NCBI GenBank assembly: GCA_964541705.1 | Contig: CAZIRM010000003.1 | Coordinates: forward strand, 1-37,454 | Length of the DNA: 37,454 nt | Reading direction: 5' to 3' | Origin: an uncultured Bacillaceae bacterium | Lineage (GTDB): Bacteria > Bacillota > Bacilli > Bacillales > Anaerobacillaceae | Shown here: piece after piece, positions 28,107-37,454 of the stretch | Numbering within the stretch: position 1 is the first letter of the stretch | How the letters are laid out: each line of letters starts with the position of its first letter | Notes under the pieces: model-generated | Seen by the model: only the letters and a program-made list of their open reading frames with translations | Told to the model about the DNA's origin: nothing | Databases searched by the model: none | Program-made: the position numbers and the translations under genes

Positions 28107-31005
28107 TTAAATCGATATCAGGAACTTTATCCCCTTTAAACCCAAGAAACGTTTCAAATGGAATATCGTGACCATCCTTCGTATACGTTGTTCCGCAGTT
28201 CGGACAATCCTTATCAGGTAAATCAAACCCAGATCCTACAGATCCATCATCAAAAAAGTGTGAGTGATTACAATTTAGGCAAACATAATGTGGTGGCAGA
28301 GGGTTCACTTCAGTAATTTCGGTCATTGTTGCCACAAAAGAGGAACCAACTGACCCACGGGAGCCAACTAAATATCCATCATCAAGAGATTTTTTTACAA
28401 GTTTTTGAGAAATTAAGTAGATAACGGCAAAACCATGTCCGATAATACTCTTCAACTCTTTTTCTAACCGAGCTTCTACTAATTCTGGTAGTTCTTGACC
28501 GTAGATGCTGCGAGCACGATCATAACTCATCTTTCGAATTTCTTCATCCGCACCTTCAATTTTTGGTGTATAGAGATCATCTGGTATTGGTTTAACATCA
28601 TCAATTTGATCAGCGATGAATTGTGTATTGGTTACAACTACTTCCTTTGCTTTTTCTTCCCCAAGAAACTTAAAACAATCAAGCATCTCCGTTGTTGTGC
28701 GAAAATGTACATCTGGTAGCTTTTGTCGGTTTAATGGGTTTGCCCCACCTTGACTAGCGATTAATATTTGCCGATAGATTTTATCATTTTCTTCTAGATA
28801 ATGAACGTTACCTGCTGCAACAACAGGTTTCTTTAGTTTTTCTCCAAGCTTAACGATGTTTGATAAAATCTCTTTTAACGACATTTCGTTTTTCACAAGC
28901 TCTTTTTCTATAAGGTGATAATAATTTGAAGGAGGTTGCACTTCTAAGTAATCATAAAACTTCGCAATTTCTTCAACCTCATTGCTTGATTTTTGCATCA
29001 TTGCTTCAAACACTTCACCTTTATCACAACCAGAGCCAACGATAATCCCCTCGCGATGCTTTTGTAAGAGCGACTTCGGTATGCGTGGCGTACGGAAAAA
29101 ATAGTTTAAATGTGAGTAAGAGATAAGCTTATACAAATTTTTTAACCCAACTTGGTTTTTTACAAGTAAAATGCAATGCGATGGTCTTAGTCGGTGAAAG
29201 TCACCTTTCCCCATATTATCGTTTAATTGATCGTGAAATTCGATTGATTTTGCTAGACAATCTTTAATAAATTTTGCAAGTAAATACCCCGTTGCCTCTG
29301 CATCATAGATGGCACGGTGATGGCTGACTAGTTCGATCTCAAACTTTTTACATAAGGTATTTAAGCGATGATTCTTCATTTCAGGGTACAAGAACCTTGC
29401 TAACTCCAACGTATCTATGACTGGATTGGTCGCATCACTAAGCCCAACTTTCCGGAAGGCTGCATTAATAAAGCCCATATCGAAGCTAGCATTATGAGCA
29501 ACTAAGATATCATCACCAATCCATTCATTAAAAGTCCGAATAACTTCGTCGACTTCAGGAGCATCTACTAGCATGTCATCCGTAATTCCTGTCAACTCAA
29601 TAATCGTATTTGTTAAAGGTTCATGAGGGTTTGCAAATGATTCAAATCGGTCAATAATTTCACCGTTTTTTATCTTAACTGCAGCTAGTTCAATAATAGT
29701 GTTATAGACAGCAGACAAACCAGTCGTCTCCACGTCAAAGACAACATACGTTTCATCACTTAGTGCTCTGTGTTGCTCATTGTATGCAATCGGCACCCCA
29801 TCATCGACTAAATTAGCTTCTAGACCAAACAAAATTTTAATTCCATGTTTTTTTCCGGCCCCATAAGCCTCTGGAAAAGACTGAGCAACCCCATGGTCCG
29901 TAATCGCAATTGCTTTATGTCCCCATTTTTTTGCTTGTTCAACTAAGCGACTACAAGATGTCACAGCATCCATCTGGCTCATCGGCGTATGCAAATGCAG
30001 TTCAACTCGCTTTTCGTCTTCTGGAGCGGTATCCTGCTTTTCATTTGGCTTGATCTCATTAATATCCTTTGCAATCATCACAAGATCGCGCACAAACGTA
30101 TCGTGCTGTACTCCACCACGAACTTTTACCCACATTCCCTTTTTCACCGCTTGCAACAAAGGGACATCTTCTTTGTCCGTGGAAAAGATTTTTACAAGTA
30201 TCGAATCTGTATAATCCGTAATCTTAAAGGTCAGTAGGGTACGACCACTTCTTAATTCTCTTGTTTCAGCGTTAAAAACATAGCCTTGAACAGCAACCTT
30301 CTTCTCTTCATCTTGAATGTGAGAAATAGGAACAACATCGTCTTTAATCATATAGCCGATTGTGAGCGAACTATTCGACTGACTTATCTTTTCTGCTGTT
30401 TTTTCTTGTCTTTGTTTTTCGACCATTGCCGCAAGCATTTTTGAGTGATCCTCTTGCTGCTTTTGTTCAACGAACTGCTTATATTCGTCCTTCATTTGTT
30501 TCACTTTCGTTTCAATTTGAAAGACTGGGAATCCAATATTTTTGAACGCCTCTGCTAGAGGTTCCCTTAGTTTCTTTGAAAGAGCCATACCTTCAGTTTC
30601 GTTTCGCACTTCCACAATAAGCTTCTGACCATTAAGTTTCGGTTGTTGTTGTGATATGTATTGTATAATTGACGGAGAAAATCCATCTAAACTTTGAATG
30701 AAATAAGGCCAATAATCAACGACTTTTTCTACAGAAATTTGCTGAGTTTCATATTGTAGTGAAAATGTAACAGCTGCAATATGTTCGAATGCTCTTGAAA
30801 TGTGGCTACTAAATAATTGAAATACTTCGAATGGTAGAACTTGTCCAATTAAAAGATCAAAATGCCATCTTCTTTCTCGTTTATGAATGGTTAATTTTTT
30901 TATACTACCGGCTTGAAAATAATTCCCCACTAAATCTTGAGGTAATAAGATTTGTTGAAGAAGTAATTGGAATCTTTCTTGCCGTATTTGTTTTTCCTCA
31001 CTCAT
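28107..31005 (-). CDS. polC: DNA polymerase III PolC, 5' exon (966 codons + 1 nt)
   Basis: OB fold, PHP (VELHLHT, AITDHG), inserted 3'-5' exonuclease ([23 protein letters not shown]), [10 protein letters not shown], zinc finger, ends at [11 protein letters not shown]; joined exons = 4305 nt, 1434 aa. Confidence 0.97.
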
Positions 31006-31032
31006 CTTAAGGCCTCCTATCTCAAAAGCATA

Positions 31033-31059
31033 AATGGTATCCCACCAGGAGATACCATT
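31033..31059 (-). terminator. Hairpin between proS and polC (possible weak terminator)
   Basis: AATGGTATC / GATACCATT inverted repeat; only an interrupted U-tract (TTTATGCTTTT). Confidence 0.45.
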
Positions 31060-31068
31060 GCTGTTGAT

Positions 31069-32772
31069 TTACGCATTAAATTCTTTTTTTAGGAATTCGT
31101 GAAGGTCTTCGGTTGATACCTCTGTTAATTCGTTTGTTTTTCTATTTTTCACTTCTACGATTCCTTCTTGTGCTTTTTTACCTACAGTGATGCGAACTGG
31201 TAATCCCATTAAATCAGCATCGGCAAATTTTACACCTGGCCTTTCAGCTCGATCATCGAATAATACGTCATATCCTGCTTTTTTTAATGTCGCATAAAGA
31301 TTTTCTGACAATTGTTTTTGTTCATCGTTTTTCATGTTTACAGCGATTAAATGAACATCAAAAGGAGCAACGGATCTTGGCCAAACAATTCCTTTTTCAT
31401 CATGAGATTGTTCAATGACTGCTGCTAACGTTCGGGTTACCCCAATGCCGTAGCAACCCATTATCATTGGCTGCGTCTTTCCATTTTCATCAAGGAATGT
31501 AGCACCCATTGATTCACTATAACGCGTCCCTAGCTTGAAAACATGGCCAACTTCTATTCCTTCAGCAAATCGAATCACACCATTTCCGTCAGGTGACAGA
31601 TCGCCTTCTTGGATAAAACGTAAATCGATAAATTGGTTTACATTAAAATCACGTTCAGGGTTCACGTTTTTATAATGTTTATCCTTTTGGTTTGCTCCGC
31701 AAATTCCATTGACAACATATTTAACTGCAACATCACCAATAATGTCCACTTCTTTACTAACGTTAATCGGACCGATAAACCCTGGCTCACATCCAAGGTA
31801 GTTAAACGTTTGCTCAGCCGTTGCAAGTTCAACAACACTTGCTTCAAAAAAATGTTTTAGTTTTATGTCGTTCACTTCATGATCTCCACGTACGAGCGTT
31901 AATACTGGTTTTTCGTCAACAATAAATAACACTGCCTTAATAAACGTTTCCTTTGAGACATTCAACCCTTTTTGTAATTCATCGATTGTTTTTAGATTTG
32001 GCGTAGCGAATAATTCTAAATCCAGTTCTGCTTGGTCAGCTTTTGTATAGTTTGCAACGACTGGGGCAATTTCAATATTTGCAGCAAAGTCACTTGTATC
32101 TGAGTATGCGATCGTATCTTCTCCAACACTTGATAACACCATAAATTCATGAGTGTCTTTTCCACCCATCGCTCCTGAATCTGCCACGACTGCGCGGAAA
32201 TCTAATCCACAACGAGTGAAAATATTTGTATAAGCTTGATACATTTTTTCATAGCTCTCATCTAAACCTTTTTGATTCGTATCAAATGAATAAGCGTCTT
32301 TCATAATAAACTCTCTAGAACGTAAAACACCAAAACGCGGTCGTCTCTCATCTCTAAACTTTGTCTGTATTTGATAAAGAGTGACTGGTAGTCGCTTGTA
32401 GGATTTTACGTCATCTCGCACAAGTGTCGTAATCACTTCTTCATGAGTTGGCCCTAAAGCAAACTGGCGGTTATGACGGTCATGGAACCTCATTAACTCG
32501 GCTCCATAAGCCTCCCATCTCCCTGACTCTTGCCATAGTTCCGCAGGTTGAATTGCCGGTAATAAAAGCTCTTGAGCACCTGCATGATCCATTTCTTCTC
32601 TAATAATATTCTCTACTTTTTGTAACGCACGTTTTCCTAATGGTAAAAATGAATACACTCCAGATGCTGTTTGTCTGATTAAGCCTGCACGAAGCATTAA
32701 CTGGTGGCTTGCAATATCAGTGTCAGAAGGAACATCACGTAACGTTGGGCTTAAATAGTTATTTTGTCTCAT
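31069..32772 (-). CDS. proS: Proline--tRNA ligase (bacterial type with INS editing domain)
   Basis: [59 protein letters not shown]; ATG at 32772 behind GAGGTG. Confidence 0.98.
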   Translation of the reverse strand: MRQNNYLSPTLRDVPSDTDIASHQLMLRAGLIRQTASGVYSFLPLGKRALQKVENIIREEMDHAGAQELLLPAIQPAELWQESGRWEAYGAELMRFHDRHNRQFALGPTHEEVITTLVRDDVKSYKRLPVTLYQIQTKFRDERRPRFGVLRSREFIMKDAYSFDTNQKGLDESYEKMYQAYTNIFTRCGLDFRAVVADSGAMGGKDTHEFMVLSSVGEDTIAYSDTSDFAANIEIAPVVANYTKADQAELDLELFATPNLKTIDELQKGLNVSKETFIKAVLFIVDEKPVLTLVRGDHEVNDIKLKHFFEASVVELATAEQTFNYLGCEPGFIGPINVSKEVDIIGDVAVKYVVNGICGANQKDKHYKNVNPERDFNVNQFIDLRFIQEGDLSPDGNGVIRFAEGIEVGHVFKLGTRYSESMGATFLDENGKTQPMIMGCYGIGVTRTLAAVIEQSHDEKGIVWPRSVAPFDVHLIAVNMKNDEQKQLSENLYATLKKAGYDVLFDDRAERPGVKFADADLMGLPVRITVGKKAQEGIVEVKNRKTNELTEVSTEDLHEFLKKEFNA

Positions 32773-32849
32773 TAGTAACACCTCTAATTCCATATTCTGT
32801 TTTCAACAACTACTAATCAAAATCCATTTTAGAAGTGTTGTTTTTGTTT

Positions 32850-34106
32850 TTATAGAAAAAATTTATTAATATCGTTCCAAGTCACTACAAGCATCAGTAA
32901 CATTAATAATGCAAATCCAACAAAATGAACAAGACCTTCTTTTTGAGGATCAATCGGTTTTCCTCTCACCGCTTCTACAGCAATGAACATTAACCTACCA
33001 CCATCGAGTGCAGGTAGTGGTAATAAATTAATAATACCTAAATTAATACTTAAAATTGCTGCCCATTGTATTAATACCAATATTCCCATTGCAGCAGCTT
33101 GACCAGTGTAATTATAAATTCCAACTGGCCCCGATAAATGATCGAGCGAAAACTGACCAGTGACTAACATCCCCAAACTTTCAATGATCAACATTGTATA
33201 TTGCCATGTTTGAACTAAGCCATATCGAATAGATTGAAAAAAGGCAAATTCAGTGTGTTGTGTAATCCCAATAAAACCAAATGATTCATCGTTCACACCC
33301 TGCCTTGTTTCTGGGACGATTATCAATTCACTTGTTTGATTATTTCTGGACACAATGAATAATAGTGGCTGATTTGGGCTTTGTTGAATCGCACTTGTAA
33401 GGTCAACCCAAGTATCAAGCTGTTGCCCATCGATAGCCAAGACAATATCTCCTTTTTGAAGTCCTGCTTCTATGGCGATTCCATCTGGGGTTACATCGCC
33501 TATAATTGGTTTGTTGATAGGAATTCCTTGAAAGAGATGGAACATTATTAGGAGTACAGCAGCTAAAGCAAAGTTCATTAAAGGACCAGCAAAGATGGCA
33601 ATCGCTCTTTGCGAAATCGTCTTTGATGGAAACTGCCGATTGTAAGGAGCTATTTGCATCCGCTGCTCATCTATAATGTAATCTGCTTTCGGATCGACTT
33701 CAAATCTTATTCGTTCATCGTATTCACCAAGACCTTCAATGTAAAGTTCATGGTCTAAATCGATCTTTTCAACTGTGACAATGCGGGCATCAGGGTGCTT
33801 CGATTTGTTATTTACAATAATATCTTTTACTTTTCCATTGCTGTGAAAAATAAGACCAATTTGATAACCCGGTTTAATTTCAACAGTTTCAGGATCTTCG
33901 CCTGCCATACGAACAAATCCACCTAAAGGTAACAACCGAATTGTATAAACCGTTTCATTCTTTTTAAAAGAAAAAAGTTTCGGTCCAAAACCGATGGCAA
34001 ATTCACGGCAAAGAATTCCTGCTCTTTTAGCAAAAATTAAATGGCCCAATTCATGAATAAATACTAATAAACCAAAAATGATAATAATCGAGATTAATGT
34101 ATCCAT
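32850..34106 (-). CDS. rseP: Site-2 intramembrane metalloprotease RasP/RseP
   Basis: HELGH, FAIGFGP, PDZ domain, [11 protein letters not shown]. Confidence 0.96.
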   Translation of the reverse strand: MDTLISIIIIFGLLVFIHELGHLIFAKRAGILCREFAIGFGPKLFSFKKNETVYTIRLLPLGGFVRMAGEDPETVEIKPGYQIGLIFHSNGKVKDIIVNNKSKHPDARIVTVEKIDLDHELYIEGLGEYDERIRFEVDPKADYIIDEQRMQIAPYNRQFPSKTISQRAIAIFAGPLMNFALAAVLLIMFHLFQGIPINKPIIGDVTPDGIAIEAGLQKGDIVLAIDGQQLDTWVDLTSAIQQSPNQPLLFIVSRNNQTSELIIVPETRQGVNDESFGFIGITQHTEFAFFQSIRYGLVQTWQYTMLIIESLGMLVTGQFSLDHLSGPVGIYNYTGQAAAMGILVLIQWAAILSINLGIINLLPLPALDGGRLMFIAVEAVRGKPIDPQKEGLVHFVGFALLMLLMLVVTWNDINKFFL

Positions 34107-34220
34107 CGTATCACAACCTCATTAATTTTTTTTTAGCATAAGGATAATAGCAACTCTTAGAACTCAACAACTCCCATTGAAGGTACTTTTAAGGAGCTAA
34201 AATTGTTTTCATACAAAAAA

Positions 34221-35378
34221 CTACAAGTTTTTCATCATTTCATTTTTTGCGAATTGGCGTGTCTGTTGATCTACTGTCATAATTTCTTCTAGTGAAGGAG
34301 CATTTATATGATCATGGTTTTGCATACACCGCTCAATCACTTCTTCTATTTGTAAAAAATTGATATCTCCGGATAAAAAGAAGTTAACCGCGACTTCATT
34401 CGCTGCATTTAAAACCGTAGGCATTGACCCACCAATTTTCCCGGCATCATAAGCGTATTTCAAACAACGATACCGAGTAAAACATGGCGATGTAAAATGT
34501 AACTTTCCTATTTCGGCTAAATTTAATCTTCGCTTATCATGTAATTGTAAACGGTTTGGATAGGTTAATGCAAATTGAATCGGCACTTTCATATCGGGTG
34601 TACCTAATTGGGCGATGACACTACCATCAACAAATTCAACCATAGAGTGCACTATGCTTTCCTTATGTAGGATCACATCAATCGAATCATATGGAATATC
34701 AAATAACCAATGTGCCTCAATTACCTCAAGTCCTTTATTCATCATTGTAGACGAATCAACGGTTATTTTTGCACCCATGGACCAGTTCGGATGATTTAAT
34801 GCCTCTTCAACAGTAACCCCTATAAGTTCATCCCGATTACGATCACGGAAACTACCACCTGAGGCCGTTAAAATGATCTTTTCTAATTGAGACTTTTGTT
34901 GTCCTTGTAAGCATTGAAAGATTGCAGAATGTTCACTATCGACGGGAAGTAATTGAACCCCATTTTTTTTCGCTTCAGTTGTAACAATATGCCCAGCCGT
35001 AACAAGCGTTTCTTTGTTCGCAATTGCAATTGTTTTCTTCTCCCTTATTGCCGCTAGAGTTGGAGAAAGTCCTACGCTACCAATGATGGCGTTAACCAGT
35101 ATATTTGCTTCATGATAAGCAGCAACCTCTACTAATCCTTCCTCTCCATAAACAAGCTTAACATTTTGCGGTACTTCCGTTAATAGCTTTTCATAATCTT
35201 CTTTTAATTGGACGGAAACAAGTTTAGGTCTCAAGGTATGTATTTGTTTTAGAGCCAATTCAATATTTCTTCCGACTGACATCGCTACTAGTTCAAACTT
35301 TTCAGGATGACTTTTAATGACTTCAACCGTCTGAGTCCCGATCGAACCCGTAGCTCCTAATAGGCTTATTTTTATCAT
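34221..35378 (-). CDS. dxr: 1-deoxy-D-xylulose-5-phosphate reductoisomerase
   Basis: [48 protein letters not shown]. Confidence 0.98.
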   Translation of the reverse strand: MIKISLLGATGSIGTQTVEVIKSHPEKFELVAMSVGRNIELALKQIHTLRPKLVSVQLKEDYEKLLTEVPQNVKLVYGEEGLVEVAAYHEANILVNAIIGSVGLSPTLAAIREKKTIAIANKETLVTAGHIVTTEAKKNGVQLLPVDSEHSAIFQCLQGQQKSQLEKIILTASGGSFRDRNRDELIGVTVEEALNHPNWSMGAKITVDSSTMMNKGLEVIEAHWLFDIPYDSIDVILHKESIVHSMVEFVDGSVIAQLGTPDMKVPIQFALTYPNRLQLHDKRRLNLAEIGKLHFTSPCFTRYRCLKYAYDAGKIGGSMPTVLNAANEVAVNFFLSGDINFLQIEEVIERCMQNHDHINAPSLEEIMTVDQQTRQFAKNEMMKNL

Positions 35379-35432
35379 TTATAACTCCTCATTTCATTGT
35401 AATAGACCAACAATGAATTATGTTTATAGGCT

Positions 35433-36227
35433 TTAAAGTAACTGCAACACGTAGAGAACTGGCATCACAAAGATTAAGCTATCAAATCGATCTAAGAAAC
35501 CTCCATGCCCAGGTAAGATATTTCCTGAATCCTTAACTAAATAATGTCTTTTTATCGCTGATTCAACGAAGTCGCCTAGTTGACCAGTCGTCGAAACAAC
35601 GAAAATGATTAACATAATACGGATGATTGAATCGTAAAACGGGAAAAAGAGGTAAAAAATTGTCCCTATAATAAATGCACAGACGATTCCACCTATTGCA
35701 CCCTCTACTGTTTTATTAGGACTTATGTGTGGCCAAAGTTTGTGTTTCCCAAAACTCTTCCCAATGAAATATGCGCCAGAATCTGTCGACCATATGATAA
35801 ATAATATAAAAAAGATTAAATAAATTCCTTCATCAAGAAATCTTGTTTGTGTAAAAAAATGAAAGCCAAAGCCTATATAACATGATGACAAGACAGAGAA
35901 TGCTATATGATCAAACGTATATTTATTCTTAGAAACAACAGATAGTGAAAGCAAAATAAATATGAAAGTAATAAAAAATTGAGTTTTTGAAAATGAGTCA
36001 AACAGTTGTTCAGTATATGTATTGCTCGGTAAAAATATGATCCAGAGTAGTACTAAACTAACAATACCTAATGACGATAATGGCTTAATCTCCCTCATTT
36101 TTAACAATTCAAAAAATGCAATTGAGGCAATAACTCCAAAGAGTAAGGTGAATGGAAGTCCACCAAAAACCACAAACAATACAATCGCAATACCACCAAT
36201 AACACCGGTAATTATTCTTTTCTTCAT
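35433..36227 (-). CDS. cdsA: Phosphatidate cytidylyltransferase
   Basis: Hydrophobic; DSGAYF.G, ISPNKTVEG, GDFVESAIKR...KDSG.ILPGHGG.LDRFD. Confidence 0.97.
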   Translation of the reverse strand: MKKRIITGVIGGIAIVLFVVFGGLPFTLLFGVIASIAFFELLKMREIKPLSSLGIVSLVLLWIIFLPSNTYTEQLFDSFSKTQFFITFIFILLSLSVVSKNKYTFDHIAFSVLSSCYIGFGFHFFTQTRFLDEGIYLIFFILFIIWSTDSGAYFIGKSFGKHKLWPHISPNKTVEGAIGGIVCAFIIGTIFYLFFPFYDSIIRIMLIIFVVSTTGQLGDFVESAIKRHYLVKDSGNILPGHGGFLDRFDSLIFVMPVLYVLQLL

Positions 36228-36241
36228 TTGTTCACTCCCTC

Positions 36242-37009
36242 TTAAATTCCGCCATACCGCCTTTTTCGGTTCTGATAAACGTTTATCGCTTCCATAAAGT
36301 ATTCTTCATTAAAATCTGGCCATAACACATCAGTAAACCAAAACTCCGTATAAGCTAGTTGCCATAACATAAAGTTACTTAGTCTTTTTTCCCCGCTCGT
36401 CCGAATAAGTAAATCGGGATCATTAAGTTGACTGGTCATCAAATACGACTCAAACACATCCTCGGTAATCAATTTCGGGTCTATTACACCTTCCTTGACA
36501 TCTGAGGATATTGATTTAACTGCCTGAACTAACTCATGGCGACTGCCGTAGTTTAACGCAAAATTTAAGATTAAACCTGTGTTATCCTTCGTTTTTTCAA
36601 TTGCCTTTTCTACTGCCTGAATTGTATGGTGTGGAAGATGCTCCTTGTCACCCATCAAGCGGACTCTTACATTCTCTTTTATTAATTTTGGTAACTCAAT
36701 ATCTAAAAAATGTTCTGGTAATTTCATAAGGAACTCTACTTCATTTTTCGGTCGTTTCCAATTTTCTGTAGAGAATGCGTATAAGGTTAATACTTCAACG
36801 CCAATGTCATTCGATTTTTTCACTATTTTCGTAACGACATTCATCCCTTCTCGATGGCCCGCAATTCGCGGTAATCCACGTTTCTTCGCCCAGCGTCCAT
36901 TGCCGTCCATAATAATAGCAATATGCTTTGGTACGTTTTCAAATGTTGTAGTAAGTACGGTATTATGTTTTTTTTGTTTTAATTTCCAATTTGAAAACAG
37001 TTGTAGCAT
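36242..37009 (-). CDS. uppS: Undecaprenyl diphosphate synthase
   Basis: PKHIAIIMDGNGRWA, YAFSTENWKRP, DPDLLIRTSGE.RLSNFMLWQ; ATG at 37009 behind GGAGG. Confidence 0.98.
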   Translation of the reverse strand: MLQLFSNWKLKQKKHNTVLTTTFENVPKHIAIIMDGNGRWAKKRGLPRIAGHREGMNVVTKIVKKSNDIGVEVLTLYAFSTENWKRPKNEVEFLMKLPEHFLDIELPKLIKENVRVRLMGDKEHLPHHTIQAVEKAIEKTKDNTGLILNFALNYGSRHELVQAVKSISSDVKEGVIDPKLITEDVFESYLMTSQLNDPDLLIRTSGEKRLSNFMLWQLAYTEFWFTDVLWPDFNEEYFMEAINVYQNRKRRYGGI

Positions 37010-37310
37010 TTGTTTGTCCTCCAAATTATATTTACGCACTCAAACTATTGTAAATGATAAAAACTTAGCTGACAATCTAATTTATCGAGTTTCAGCTCGT
37101 TAACCTTATGATAAACGATGCCTGTCATTTCGTGCACGTACTCTTGGAGATAGACAATCGCCAAATTTCAAAGTGAATTTCTAATTTTCCGCCTAGTGGA
37201 CTTGTAATACTGCCCCGCTTCGATTTCAAGTTACACAGCTCTGAAGGCGCTGGTAAACGTTGTTGCCTCACTAACTGAATGGACAGTCTCAAGTGAATGA
37301 TCTGATGGCG

Positions 37311-37327
37311 CCTGCGATTACTCGTCG
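37311..37327 (+). repeat. Copy of the REP-like motif
   Basis: CCTGCGATTACTCGTCG is identical over 17 nt to 10848-10864. Confidence 0.75.
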
Positions 37328-37454
37328 TAAACATCACAGTACGCTAAGAAGTGTCTTGAATAGACGTTAAAATAACTTCATGTTTTTACATTCTTGCCTT
37401 GAGCCAGCAGACAAAAATCCTGAGCCCTTGGTATTCTTGACTTTATTTAATAGT

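Noticed and set aside
161-37103. Other short ORFs antisense to or nested out of frame in housekeeping genes (e.g. 12646-13089, 19696-20103, 22808-23209, 36645-37103)
   Set aside because: Shadow ORFs overlapping well-conserved genes, with no motifs or translation signals
37125-37337. 70-aa minus-strand ORF upstream of uppS
   Set aside because: No RBS, overlaps the repeat motif, not similar to Frr or any family I recognise

Overview
Low-GC Bacillaceae (endospore-former) core chromosome; every credible gene is on the minus strand. The order in transcription direction is uppS-cdsA-dxr-rasP(rseP)-proS-polC-rimP-nusA-ylxR-ylxQ-infB-ylxP-rbfA-truB-ribF-rpsO-pnp-ylxY-mlpA-ymxH-dpaA-dpaB-asd-dapG-dapA-rnjB-tepA-ylzJ-spoIIIE, matching the familiar Bacillus synteny. 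The main departure is a 2667-nt group II intron (25440-28106, class B-like domain V/VI) inserted in the replicative polymerase gene polC, right after the catalytic PDID motif. Splicing it out restores a continuous 1434-aa PolC. The intron's own RT/maturase/HNH ORF is broken by an apparent 1-nt deletion near 27198. pnp carries a single in-frame TGA where a conserved Gly is expected (14854-14856). Both lesions could be sequencing errors. Several intergenic regions share a REP-like hairpin motif (CCTGCGATTACTCGTCGCA) and degenerate MITE-like inverted repeats. Gene calls rest on recognised motifs and synteny, not on database searches.
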